In this document: positions 13,238-26,051 of the stretch, piece after piece
Position numbering within the stretch: the stretch's first letter is position 1
Layout of the letters: each line of letters opens with the position of its first letter
Assembly: GCF_001194135.2 (NCBI RefSeq)
Contig: NC_068982.1
Coordinates: forward strand, 13,236,918-13,300,917
Reading direction: 5' to 3'
DNA length: 64,000 nucleotides
Origin: Octopus bimaculoides
Taxonomy: Eukaryota
Position numbers and translations under genes: made by a program
Notes under the pieces: model-generated
What the model was told of the DNA's origin: nothing
The model's input: only the letters and a program-made list of their open reading frames with translations
The model's database searches: none

Positions 13238-13702
13238 TATTTTGTCCATTTGTTTAACATCGATTTTTCCACACCAGCATGAGTTAAATGAGGGGTTATT
13301 CAAGGCAGAATTTTATAGATGAATGCTCTTCCAGTTGCCAACCCTTGCCTCCTGTTTTTCAAGCAAGGCATTCCTTTTATTCCGGATGGCTTTGAAAGTG
13401 CTGAGTGACCAGTCACAATGTTTATTGGGAATGTCAACATCATCACCGTTTTGCTTGGGCAGTGACAAACTTGGAATATCGACTTCAAATTTTGGCACAA
13501 ACAAGCAATTCCAGGGAAAGGGTTAAGTTGATTACATTGACCCAGGACTCAGCTGGTGCTTACTTTTTTGACCCCCAAAAAGATGAAAGGCAAAGTCAAC
13601 CTCAGTGGAATTTGAACTCAGAGCATGAATGTCGGAAGAAATGTTACTCAACATTTTGTCCAGTATGGCAGTAATACTGCCAGCTTGCTGCCTTATACAA
13701 AC

Positions 13703-13902
13703 TTACATTATTTACATTATTTACATTATTTACATTAATTACATTATTTACATTATTTACATTATTTACATTCGACAGGATATTTGTCCTCATCTTGTTT
13801 GTTGTTAACACAACATTTCGGCTGATATACCCTCCAGCCTTCTTCAGGTGTCTTGGGGGAAATTTCGAACCTGGGTTCTCATTCCTAAGGTATTTTTCGA
13901 TG

Positions 13903-13975
<73 letters not shown>

Positions 13976-14063
13976 TAGTGTTCAGGTCACTGCTTGGAAT
14001 CGAACTCGGAATCTTGGGGTTAGTAGCCTGTGCTCTTAACCACTAGGCCATATGCCCGTGGGC
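13703..14063 (-). mobile_element. SINE family H: tRNA-like head, (AAT)n, hammerhead-like body, (TGTAAATAA)n tail
   Basis: Head gcccacgggcatatggcctagtggttaagagc...gagttcgattcc; microsatellite ~13906-13975; body shared with 16092-16277, 55679-56095 and 61345-61733. Confidence 0.85.
13808..13851 (-). ncRNA. Minimal type I hammerhead-like motif (H copy 1)
   Basis: ACAC-CTGAAGA-A-GGCTG-loop-CAGCC-GAAA-TGT-T-GTGT. Helix III reads ATGT instead of ACGT, probably CpG decay. Confidence 0.55.
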
Positions 14064-15244
14064 AATATTGATATTCTTAGATTGACACATACCCCTCCTC
14101 CCCTCCACGCACACATACACACATGGACATACAAAGGTATATGACAGACTTCCTGCAGTTTCTGTTTACCAAATCCACTCACAAAGCAGTGGTTGGCCAA
14201 TGAAGGCACTGATTCCTGATACTGCCCAGTAGGACTGAACCAGAAGCCATTGTGAAGGGAACATCTTAACCATACAACCATACTTAGAAACTTGAGAAAG
14301 AAAAAAAAAGGATGCAATGCTAATAACAGGAATGCCTTTGATCGCAGGTCTGCTAGATCAAGTCTGAAACAAGAGCCATTGATTTTTTTTACCCTTGTTG
14401 ACACATCTACATGAAGCAAACGTGAAGAAGTTTCAATTGCTAACACGTACTTTTTCTTTTGCCTGACATTTTGAATATTCACAATGTTTTTAGCTGCAAA
14501 AGATACCATTTAATATGCAAGCATTTCACAGCTGAATCACATAATTCATCCATAAAATGAGGTGCTATGTAAGTTCTGTTTATTTACCAAATTTTAAGGA
14601 ATTTGCAGAAAAATTACTCAGAATTCTGAAAGCAATCACTGCTAACGTCATCTGGTTTGAACTTCTGTATTGCCCACAAGTGGCTAAACATAGAGGAGAC
14701 AAACAAGGACAGATAAAGGGATTAAGTCGATTACATTGACCCCAGTGCGTAACTGGTACACATTTAATTGACCCCAAAAGGATGAAAGGCAAAGTCGACC
14801 TCAACAGAATTTGAACTCAGAATGTGGCGGCAGACGAAATAATGCTAAACATTTCGCCCGGCATGCTAATGTTTCTTCCAGTTCGCCGCCTTCCTCAGAC
14901 ATTCTTAACCCCCACACACACCATCTATCTCAGTCTTGCATTAGCTGAGGGAGGTCTTCAGGGAGGCACCTAGTGTCTCTGGTAGCTTCATCTATGCACA
15001 TTGTATTCATATGACCCGCTCAAGTGCAGTCATGCATTAGCATGCATAGCAGTAGATCACTTGTCAGCTCTTGTTTAGCTCACCAGCAAAGTTCTGCAAA
15101 GTATAATAGTAGAAACAAGCAAGAGATCTCCAAACAAGCTATTTCTTGGTCGGATGAGTTCTCCGAAATTTCTTCATGACTGCTCTTAACATTTGGATGT
15201 AAGTTCCATCTACCTCGGATTTCAGTTTTTTGGTAAGCATCCAG

Positions 15245-15435
15245 GTCGTTGCTTCTTATAAAAGGACTGACCATTGCTCACAATCAACAAGGAGCCATCA
15301 CCAATATCGGTGGAGACCCCATCCATCAAATTGATGAGTTCATGTACTTCGATTCTAAGATGGCCTCAACTGTAAAAGATCATAAAACTTAGACAGCCAG
15401 AGTATGGTCAACTCTAAGCAAACTGGATGTTAGAA
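15245..15435 (+). mobile_element. Non-LTR RT relic (RTE-group-like)
   Basis: HNQQGAITNIGGDPIHQIDEFMYFDSKMASTVKDHKT*TARVWSTLSKL resembles ..VDDFKYLGSWIASTEKDI..RKA.AW..LNKL. Confidence 0.55.
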
Positions 15436-15484
15436 ATGATACATTTCTAAATCTCTCAGGGAGATTTATGCAATAGTAGCATGA

Positions 15485-15724
15485 TAAAGTGGTGGTATGT
15501 TGTCAACTTAATATGACAGTCCCATGAAAGGAAAGAATGCTACTGTTATTTAGCCCTAGGAAACACTGCTTCCTGATGGACTTGACACATTTCCTTTGAA
15601 AACATAAGGACACAGGAAATGTGTCAAGTCCAACAGGAAACGGTGTTTCCTAGGGCTAAATAACAGTAGCATTCTTCCCTTTCATGGGACTGTCACATCA
15701 AGTTGTCAACATACTATCACTTTA
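15485..15724. repeat. Near-perfect fold-back palindrome
   Basis: Arms 15485-15595 and 15614-15724 (111 bp, ~90% identical) with an 18-bp spacer. TA at both outer ends. Confidence 0.95.
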
Positions 15725-16091
15725 AAACTAGATGTTGTCTGGAAATCAACCCTGTCAGTCAACAGAGTAACTGCTAACTGTGGTGTAGGCACAGGAGTGG
15801 CTGTGTGATAAAGAGCTTGCTTACCAACCACATGGTTCTGGGTTCAATCCCACTGTGAGGCACTTTGGATAAGTGTCTTCAACTATATCCTTGTGTCAAT
15901 CAAAGCCTGGTGAATAGATTTTATAGACGGAAACTGAAAGAAGCCCATCATATATAAGAGTGCATGAGTGTGTGTGTGTGAGTGTGTGTGTACGTGTGTG
16001 TGTGAGAGAGTGTGTATGCCTTTATGTTGGTATTTGTCCTCTCACCACCACCACCACCACCATCACCACCAATAAAAATAATAATAATAAT

Positions 16092-16277
16092 AGCATCAAA
16101 AAATACCTTAGGAATGAGAATCCAGGTTCAAAATTTCTCCAAGACACCTGGTGAAGGCTGGAGGGCATATCAGCCAAAACGTTGTGTTAGCAACAAACAT
16201 GATGAGGACAAATATCTGTCAAATGTAAATAATGTAAATAGTGTACATAATTCGTCATCTCTTAAATATAGAACTGC
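16092..16277 (+). mobile_element. Family H body without head; mutated HHR core at 16144-16187
   Basis: ACAC-CTGGTGA-A-GGCTG..CAGCC-AAAA-CGT-T-GTGT: stems intact, two core substitutions. Confidence 0.8.
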
Positions 16278-16377
16278 AATATGTACATGTTATTAATTAC
16301 TAGATAACAGGATGCTCTGATATCAGAGCAAAGAGACAACAACAACACACACACACAAACATATATGTATATATATG

Positions 16378-16414
<37 letters not shown>

Positions 16415-16948
16415 NNNNNNNNNNNNNNNNNNNNNNNNNNNNNNNNNNNNNNNNNNNNNNNNNNNNNNNNNNNNNNNNNNNNNNNNNNNNNNNNNNNNNN
16501 NNNNNNNNNNNNNNNNNNNNNNNNNNNNNNNNNNNNNNNNNNNNNNNNNNNNNNNNNNNNNNNNNNNNNNNNNNNNNNNNNNNNNNNNNNNNNNNNNNNN
16601 NNNNNNNNNNNNNNNNNNNNNNNNNNNNNNNNNNNNNNNNNNNNNNNNNNNNNNNNNNNNNNNNNNNNNNNNNNNNNNNNNNNNNNNNNNNNNNNNNNNN
16701 NNNNNNNNNNNNNNNNNNNNNNNNNNNNNNNNNNNNNNNNNNNNNNNNNNNNNNNNNNNNNNNNNNNNNNNNNNNNNNNNNNNNNNNNNNNNNNNNNNNN
16801 NNNNNNNNNNNNNNNNNNNNNNNNNNNNNNNNNNNNNNNNNNNNNNNNNNNNNNNNNNNNNNNNNNNNNNNNNNNNNNNNNNNNNNNNNNNNNNNNNNNN
16901 NNNNNNNNNNNNNNNNNNNNNNNNNNNNNNNNNNNNNNNNNNNNNNNN

Positions 16949-16991
<43 letters not shown>

Positions 16992-17526
16992 CACCCCCAG
17001 AATAGTTCATTTTCAAAAACCTGCTAAGGAAATCATCTTTCTTTGATAAATTCTCACAGTAACTGTCAGAATACCATCCCAACAGACAGATATACAAAAG
17101 CACTCACGCATTCATCACAACAGGCAGCGAGAGACGCATACTTACACACAAACACATATAAACACACATACACATGCGCACACACACACACACATACACA
17201 CACACACGCTCAAATGTATCAATCTATTCAAGCAAATGTGCCTGCACACAGACACGCACACATACACGCACACACATTCATGCAAGCAACAAACCGGTTC
17301 GAATGAAAACACAGATACATTATCTTGCACACACACACACACACACACAAACACAGATACACACACACACACAAACACAGGTATTTCAGTAGGTAGCTTA
17401 GACATACAAACACACATACACACATTGAAACATTGAAACGAACACACAGACACAGAAATACCACAGGCGTAACAGCTAATGATGATGCTTGTTACAAACA
17501 GAAAAGAAAAAGAAGGAAGTTATATA

Positions 17527-17640
17527 CCCATGGGCATATGGTGTAGTGGTTAAGAGCACGGGCTACAAACCCCAAGATTCTGAGTTCGATTCCAGACAGC
17601 GACCTCAATAATAATAATAATAATAATAATGATGATGATG
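17527..17640 (+). mobile_element. Family H tRNA-like head plus (AAT)n only
   Basis: cccatgggcatatggtgtagtggttaagagc...gagttcgattcc...aataataat; no HHR body follows. Confidence 0.75.
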
Positions 17641-17809
17641 AAGATTTATTTCTGTTGTCTTTTTATTAAGAAGCAATGTAAGATGGTGGAATCAGAAACA
17701 CATACTATTGAGACTAATAGAAGTAATGTAACAGCAGAATAATGAACCATTATTATTGTTGTTATTGTTGTTATTATTATTATTATCATTAATAATAATA
17801 ATAATAATA

Positions 17810-17840
<31 letters not shown>

Positions 17841-18359
17841 CATTTATTTGCCTCAAGGGCGAAGGATGAAGGGGACAATAGAGAGACAGACATAAAGTGT
17901 TGGGGTTTACATGTAATAATGAAATGATTTTGAAAAATAAAAAGTAAAGTATACACGCTATACAGTGGAAAAGAAGGGACATATGCAGAGTATACAAAGG
18001 TAACAAGAAAAAAAAGAAATAGAACTGGTACTTATTTAATCGACCCCTGAAAGGATGAAAGGCAAAGTCAACCATGGCAGAATTTGAACTCAGAACGTAA
18101 AGACAGACGAAATACTGCTAAGCATTTTGCTAGGTGTGCTAACAATTTTGCCAGCTCGCCACTTTACTACTACTACTACTACTACTACTACTAATAATAA
18201 TAATAATAATAATAATAATGATAAAATTGGTTTCAAATTTTGCTACAAGGGCAGCACTTTTGGTGGAGGGGATGAGTTGATTACTTTGATGCCAGTGTTT
18301 AACTGGTACTTATTTATCAACACTGAAAGGATGAAAGATAAAGTTGACCTCGGTCTTAA

Positions 18360-18581
18360 CCCTTTTGGTACCAACCTGGCTGAAACCGCCTCTGTCTCTA
18401 TAGTACAAATGTCTTGTTTTCAAAAGTTTTGAATTAAAATCTTCCACCAAACCTTAGTCACAATTTATGTTCCTAACACTAGCTGAATGATAACTTAGTT
18501 ATTTTACTAAATTCTCTGTTATATTTTAAATTAATTGAAAGAAACATAGAGCATCTCAACAGAAATATGGTAACAAAAGGG
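18360..18581. mobile_element. piggyBac-type MITE
   Basis: TTAA on both sides (18356-18359, 18582-18585). TIRs cccttttggtacca and tggtaacaaaaggg. Partial left end also at ~9397. Confidence 0.85.
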
Positions 18582-19787
18582 TTAAACAATAAACTGCAAT
18601 AGGTGGACTGCGATATGACGAAGGATCTAGGATGGGTTATGATAGAGAGGTGTTGTAGAAAGTTTTGTCCTGGGTTCAGTCCCACTGCATGGCACTTTAG
18701 GTAAGTGTCTTCCACTAGTAACATTGGGCCAACCAAAGCCTTGTGAGTGGATTTGGTAGACAGAAACTGAAAGAAGCCCTTTGTTAAAAGTGAAGTGTAT
18801 CACTCAAACACGACAACCAGAAATATATTATCAGACTCAACATTTAGAAATTTAACTTCAATTTTTTTTCTTGTATTATTGGTACTTTCTATTATTTGCA
18901 TTTAGAACATTTTCATTTTGTATTCATTATTCTTGCCTTGTATTTCTCCACTAGTAATGTCTCCTCTCTTTTGAATACATCAGCTAATATTTTTGAAGTC
19001 CACTGACTATCTCAGTTCACCTGTGCTCCACTTTGCACGCAGGTTAACTTTATATACACAAAAGATTGCATTTGACTCATTTCCCTCCAGCTTCTGCAAG
19101 TCTATTTCAATGAGTATGGCTCTCTAATGCTGCATTCATTAAACTTCATGTCCCTGGAAAGATTTCCTTGCTTCACAGCTCACATCCTTCTCACAACAGA
19201 TGCTACAACATCAAAGCCAGTGAGGGCAATGGTAACATATATAACTAAGAGAAACAATGAAAACTTGATTTTACAAACACAGATACAATGAGCATTGCAG
19301 CTGATACGGTAACTCTATCATTTTCTAGTCATTTTCCAAGAATAAAAATATTTGCATGTATCAGACTACAATCATTGATGCATAAGGTGTATCATGAAAC
19401 AGATATAACATGCCTTGAGAGCAGCTTAACACTTCACTTAACAAAGTACAGCAAAATTTTAACTAGAATTATTCCTCAGTGTCAATAATGGAATGCTGGA
19501 TTAGCAGAATAATCACAATACTGAACAAAATTACATGTATTTCTTTTAGCTTTCTATATTTTGAGTTCAAATCTCACCGAGGTCAAATTTGCTAATTATA
19601 CTTCTTGTATTGATAAAATAAAGCACCAATCAAATACTGAAGTTGATTTAATTAACAAATTCCTTTCCTTCAAAATTGCTGGCCTTGTGCCCAAATTAGA
19701 AATTATTAGTCATCAGATTTATTTCTAGATTATCCTAGATATAAATGCATGGATTCTTTCTAAGTTTGTAATTAGCTGACTCTAAGC

Positions 19788-20520
19788 CAGTGGTTTTCAA
19801 CCATTTGTTCCCCACCTCCAACAAAGGACCCCTTTGATTCTTATTTTAATGAATGTCAAAATAAAACCCTATCATATTTTTATAATTAAATATTACTAGG
19901 AATAGTATAAAAACATTTGTTAAAATATTTTGTAGATTGTAAAAGTATAACAAGTTTATCATTCTTTTATTCTTTTATTCTTTTATTGGTTTCAGTCATT
20001 TAACTGCGACCATGCTGGAGCACTACCTTTAGTCGAAAAAATCGACTCCAGGAATTATTCTTTGTAAGCCTCGTACTTATTCTATCCATCACTTTTGTCG
20101 AACTGCTAAGTTACAGGGATGTGAACACACCAACATCGGTTGTCAAGTGATGATGGGGGAACAAACACAGACACAAAAACACTTGCGCACGCATGTGCAC
20201 ACACACACACACACACACACATGACTAGCTTTTTTCAGTTTCCATCTACCAAATCCACTCACCAGGTTTTGGTCAGCATGAGGCTATAGTAGAACACACT
20301 TGCCTGAAGTGCAATGCAATGGGACTGAACCCAGAACAATGTGGTTGGGAAGCAAACTTCTTACCACATAGCCATGTCTGCACCTATTATTGTAGATAAA
20401 TTTTAACTAGGAAATCTTATTTGGACCCCAAATGGTCCTATAGTCCCCCAAAGGTCCTATCGATCCCCAAAGATCTTATGGACCTTCAAAGGTCCTATGG
20501 ACCCCAGCTGTGAGCCATTA
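19788..20520. mobile_element. Second hAT-type MITE, interrupted by SINE A
   Basis: Left TIR cagtggttttcaac, degenerate right TIR. TSD ctctaagc/ctctaaac matches 7/8. Confidence 0.75.
19966..20385 (-). mobile_element. SINE family A (tRNA-like head, internal (TA)/(CA) microsatellite, (aaaag-like)n tail)
   Basis: Recurrent unit. Other full or half copies at ~3088-3250, 14080-14285, 15787-15950, 18655-18780, 26875-27195, 28120-28225, 29648-29785, 30333-30727, 31910-32098, 35188-35587, 35808-36228, 38204-38808, 44770-45095, 49326-49900, 59724-60995. Confidence 0.85.
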
Positions 20521-22242
20521 CTCTAAACACTGATTGTAAAGTTGTAATCAAACAACACTAACAATTGAAACACTTCACATGAAACTAAACTTAACAAACA
20601 TGTTTGTTGCAAGTTAAACAAAATGATATCTACACTAACAGGAAATCAGGCCTCTGCAAATAGAATTATACATGACTGGAGATAGTAAATGTAGTTATGA
20701 TTGTAAACTTAAAATGATAATAAATTTGGGAATTGAGTGATCAAAGAATAATGAATAAGAAAAGGCAACAAAAGAAAATTTTTGAAGGAAATTTGCCAGT
20801 TTCTGAAGTTCACATAAAAGAAGAATGACAGTAAAGAATTACAGTTATTCATACTTAGATAAAGAAGAAAAAATTCAATAAAACAGAGATAATTAATTCT
20901 TTATTTCCTATTCTTATGTTTCTGAAGCTAACCAAATTTTCATCTTCAGAGATAACAATTCAAAGACATTGTGATGTGATCAACTGTATATTCACTGTTT
21001 AGATGGCACCAGTTTTATTTTATCTGTATTACCGTCTTTACTATATCGATAGAGATATAAAACAGATCAGGTCAGGTATACTTTCCAATAATTTTCAGCA
21101 ATTCATAAACTCAAGTGACTTAGAAATTTATCAATAAATATATTTTCTATCATTTCTGTAGAGCATCCATCACAATCTCTTAGAGGAATAATAGTTTTAT
21201 TCTATAATACACTACTATATGTTTGTTATAAATCGTAGTGTTTTCTGTCTGCAAGTATCAATGATGGTTCAGTAATTCCCCAGAAAGCTGCAAATAAGTT
21301 AACATTGCAATTAATATATTTACCAGACAGCTTCCTCTTATTTGAGAATATATTGGCGTGTTTCGACCATAAACAGTCACAGTTTGGATTCATTTATTTA
21401 TCAATGCCATTTGTAACAGAACATACATTTGCTTGAAATTCTGAGTAATGTATGAAATAAACATAATTAAGAGCAAATATTTGAACATGACATTATTTCA
21501 AGCAGCCTAAATTGCATTCATGCTTGAATAATTAGGCAGGTAATGTTTGTCAGTGTTTCAGCATTGATCACCTAACTTAGGAATTGCATTAACTTGTTAA
21601 ATGTCTTCTGGGTGATTTGCACAAAGGAGGTTGTTAGATTTTAGATTGATGATGCTTTTAGTTAGTAAGTAACAATTACAGCAATGCGATAATCATCAAC
21701 GTTTTAATACCCATTTTTCTATGCTGGTGGGGAGTTTGCAGGTTTACAATACAATATTTCAATACCCATCTTCTTCGGTAGTTATCTCTTCTCTAAGTTT
21801 CATTATCATAAGCTCTGACTTCATTGCTCCTTTCTAGATCCTCTAGGGAGTCTCTATGTAGACATGCTATCTGCTAGAAGTAGCAGCAAAATCCTCCTCA
21901 AACCATACTCAATCCTTGAAAAATAAAGCAAAGACATAAGATAATATAATTCTTGGTACCACTAAAAAGACACGGTGGCCATGACTGGAACCCCTTTCAT
22001 CAATCAGGATGGAGATGAAGCTCAACAACAAAATCTCTGATATTTCTGACACAATTACCAATTATCTAGAGAACACAACTCTTTTACACACAGATTCCAT
22101 TTCTTTTGAATCAAATATTCATACTAGTGCAACTTTCTCATACATCAGCTCATGTCTCTAAAGTCTTGTTGAAAATTTTCTTAATCAAACACCCAATCCT
22201 GTAACAATTCTGTAAAAGAACAGAAATGGATGACAGAAGTGT

Positions 22243-22625
22243 TGTTGGCACGCCGTTGCTTACGACGTCAAGGGTTCTAGTTGATCCGATCAACGGAACA
22301 GCCTGCTCGTGAAATTAACGTGCAAGTGGCTGAGCATTCCACAGACACGTGTACCCTTAGCGTAGTTCTCGGGGATATTCAGCGTGACACAGTGTGTAAC
22401 AAGGCTGACCCTTTGATTTACAAGCACAACAGAAACAGGAAATAAAAGTGAGAGAAAGTTGTGGTGAAAGAGTACAGCATGGTTCGCCACCATCCCCTGC
22501 CGGAGCCTCGTGGAGCTTTTAGGTGTTTTCGCTCAATAAGCACTCACAACGCCCGGTCTGGGAATCGAAACCGCGATCCTATGACCAGGAGTCCGCTGCC
22601 CTAACCACTGGGCCATTGCGCCTCC
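22243..22625 (-). mobile_element. Full-length SINE family D
   Basis: Perfect 13-bp TSD atgacagaagtgt (22230-22242 and 22626-22638). CpG-rich, with intact A and B boxes. Confidence 0.92.
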
Positions 22626-23234
22626 ATGACAGAAGTGTATTAGACATTTTTTCCTCACATTAGTACCAATATTTAGAACTCCATGTGCATCCTTATACAT
22701 AGGTTTCGAATTTTGGCACAGGGTCAGCAGTTTTTGGAGAAGGGGTATGTCAATTACATTAACCCCAGTACTCAACTGGTACTTATTCTATTAACCCTAG
22801 AAGGATGAAAGGCAAGTCGACCTTGGTGGAATTTGAACTCAGAATGAAAAGATAGACGAAATATTGCTAAGCATTTTGCCCAACGGTGCTAACGATTCTG
22901 CCTGCTCACTGCCTCGCATCCTTATATAGTGAAAGAGAAAACTCTGAAGAGAACTTATGTGTTATAGTACAAGATTCCTTTACAAACATCACAGAGAACA
23001 AATAGAAAAAAAAACAAAACTGGTGAGCAAATTCATAAATTATTTAACTACATCACTTTACACATGTTTCAGTGGAGATTATGGTTGACTTGGTATAAGT
23101 CTCTAAGGAAGGAATTATCTAATAAATGTACCTGGTTCAGATTGCATTACTCAGCCTCATTGAAATGCGTGTAAAATAATGTAACTAAATAATTTATAAA
23201 GTCAGAAATTTAAAGATGTTCAACTAGAAGCATT

Positions 23235-23855
23235 TGATAAAGATGAGGAAATAGAAATGACAACTGGAAGTTCCTACAGGACAACCTACTGAGGGACACA
23301 GATCAAATCTATGTAGGGTGCAAAGTCCTGGCCAAGTTGAGGATGATATGTTAATGCAACATGGAAGTAGTCAGAGCTAAAAAGGCAAACAGACAAGGCC
23401 TGGAAGGATTGGTAAAATGAAGGTTATCAGAAATTTAAAACAAGAAGCTGGAAGTAAAGCTAGGCATCAAGTTTACATAGCAAAGGGTAAAGTAGAAAGT
23501 AAGAAACTAGTCAAAGTTCTACAGCATGAGGATCAGAGGTATGAGGTGTTCCAGATTGCAAGATAAGGGATCAGAGAAAATCGAGAAGTTCACAGGTGAG
23601 AAATGTGTGTGGAAGGATAATGGTACACCTGCACAAAGTCGTTCTGAAAAGAAAGAGGCACGGAAGTACTAGTATGAAAGGTTACTAAGTGTGGAGAATG
23701 CATTGGGTAAAGAGGGTCTTCCTAGTGTTGATTCAATAGAAGGGACAGCTTCCCTAGTTGACAACAATATGAGAGATAAAGCAATTAAGGATATAAAGGT
23801 GAGGAAAACCTCTGGTCCATTAAGAACTGCTACCAAATTGCTTGAAATATCTTAG
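23235..23855 (+). mobile_element. RTE LINE ORF relic (EN-RT linker and RT start)
   Basis: DNWKFLQDNLLRDTDQI...EDQRYEVFQIAR...GEKCVWKDNG...YERLLSVEN...KAIKDIKVRKTSGP (KAPGP motif), with stops and frameshifts. Confidence 0.85.
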
Positions 23856-23878
23856 TCCTGCATATAGTTGATTAGAGT

Positions 23879-24212
23879 GAAGGCACATGGCTCAGTGGTT
23901 AGAGCATTGAGCTTACGGTCATGAGGTTGTGAGTTCAAATCCCAGACAGGGCTGCATGTTGTGTTCTTGAGCAAGACACTTTATTTCATGTTGATCCAGT
24001 TCACTCAGCTGTAGAAATGAGTTGCGACATCACAGGTGCCAAGCTGTACTGGCCCTTGCCTTTCCCTTGGATAACACTGGTGGCATGGAGAGGAGAGGCT
24101 GGTATGCATGGGCGACTGCTGGTCTTCCATAAACAACCTTGCCCGGACCTGTGCCTGGGAGGGTAACTCTCTAGGTGCAATCCTATTGTCAGTCATGACC
24201 AAAGGGGGTTTC
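23879..24212 (+). mobile_element. tRNA-derived SINE family E
   Basis: A box tggctcagtgg, B box gagttcaaatcc, central tgtgttcttgagcaagacactt...cactcagctgt domain. Confidence 0.8.
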
Positions 24213-24237
24213 ATATATATATATATATATAAATAAT

Positions 24238-24540
24238 GGACTCTCCTGTCATAAGACGACGTATGAGGGTTTGACAATTTCTTACTGAACAACCACACAG
24301 ATGATTTGTTTATAGTGATCAAATGTTTGTAGAGACATAAGCTCACTCCTCCTATCAAATTGACATTACCTGTACAGGTGCAACTGGGTGCCACATATCA
24401 GATGTCGAAATGATCGCAGAGAAATGTGAAATGAAGTGCTTTGCTCAAGAACACATCGCAACGCAATGCACGGTCTGAGAATCGAACCCACAATCTCGCA
24501 ATTGTGAGTGCAACAACCTAACCACTAAGCCATGCGCTTT
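24238..24540 (-). mobile_element. tRNA-derived SINE family G
   Basis: Reverse complement reads gcgcatggcttagtggttagg...gggttcgattc...tgtgttcttgagcaaagcactt. Confidence 0.75.
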
Positions 24541-25202
24541 CACATAGACATATATGTATCATCATCATCATCATCTTTAACGTCCGCTTTCCATGCTAGC
24601 ATGAGTTGGATGATTTGACTGAGGACTGGTGAACCAGATGGCTGCACCAGGCTCCAATCTGATTTGGCAGAGTTTATACAGCTGGATGCCCTTCCTAACG
24701 CNNNNNNNNNNCAATCTGATTTGGCAGAGTTTATACAGCTGGATGCCCTTCCTAACGCCAAGCACTCCGAGAGTGTAGTGAGTACTTTTACGTGCCACCG
24801 GCACGAAAGCCAGTCAGGAGGTACTGGCAACGGCCACACTTGAAATGGTGTATTTAACGTGCCATCTGCACAGGAGCCAGTCCATTGGCACTGGCAACGA
24901 CCTCGCTCGAATGTCTTTTCACGTGCCAGGAAGGTGACGCTGGTAATGATCACACTCAAATGGGGCTATTTACATGCCACTGGCACGGAAGCCAGACAGC
25001 TGTTCTGGCAGTGATCTCGCTCGGACGGTGCTCTTAGCGCTCCACTGGTACAGGTGCCAGGCTTCTGTGCAATAGTTTGCATCAATCAAATTCTGCTGAG
25101 AGAATACACTTATCCAAGATATTGTAAAGAAGGATTGTCTTGGAACCACATGATTGTGAAACAAACTTCTTAACTACACAGTTACACCTTCATCTATATC
25201 AC

Positions 25203-25234
<32 letters not shown>

Positions 25235-25619
25235 TTTACATATATATAGAAAGAGAGAGAGAGAGACAGATTTACATACATACATCCATATATTTAAGTA
25301 GTTAAGTATATACATACATGCATACAAAGATACATACATATGTGTGTGTTTGTGCATATATGTGTGTATATAATATTATATTTGATATGCTATTCTTCTT
25401 TCCATCATAGTTAAGCAACTCCTTCAATAACAGAACTAATTCTGTATGTCATAAAAAAAATACAAAAATGATGGTAGCAACCAAATATTACCCAAAATAA
25501 AACAAACCAACCAACATAAAATCTTCGATATTTTCAAATAAACAAGACAAGCGTGATCAACATTCATATTATAGTAAACCTGATTATTATACATTTCTGT
25601 TATTAGGCATTTGTTTCAG

Positions 25620-25910
25620 CTACACACAATCTGTTTTACCGATCATATTTATATTCAATAAAAATTCTCCTTGACCTTCCAAACATAGCTTTGTGCAGTC
25701 TCTGCTTAAATAAACAGAATATAGAATATTCTTTTTTGTGCTTTCACAGGTGATTGCAGCCTGTTTAGGAACTGTTGTATCATTATTGTTCTCACCAGCA
25801 TCGTCGGTTTTAACATCTACTTTCCCATGATTGCATAGATCAGACGAAACTTCACCGAGGCAGAATTCGCTATCAATAGATAAGATATCGTTTCTGGTGC
25901 CGACCTGCAC
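25620..25910 (-). CDS. Unassigned candidate coding segment (96 aa)
   Basis: Repeat-free open frame with D/N/E/K/S/T-rich composition; weak acceptor upstream; no recognisable domain. Confidence 0.2.
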   Translation of the reverse strand: MQVGTRNDILSIDSEFCLGEVSSDLCNHGKVDVKTDDAGENNNDTTVPKQAAITCESTKKNILYSVYLSRDCTKLCLEGQGEFLLNINMIGKTDCV

Positions 25911-26051
25911 CTGTTTCTAAGCAGTTCTTTGCAAAGCGAACAGCCTTACACATGTTCACATGGACAGCTGCGAAGGAATGATATCATTTGTATGAATGGT
26001 GAGGCTTTTTATCATTTGTTTGTTCTCTCTTATGTGATTCAAGTCATCAGA

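Noticed and set aside
18900-19130. Possible second LINE endonuclease relic on the minus strand
   Set aside because: Similarity too degraded to support by eye.
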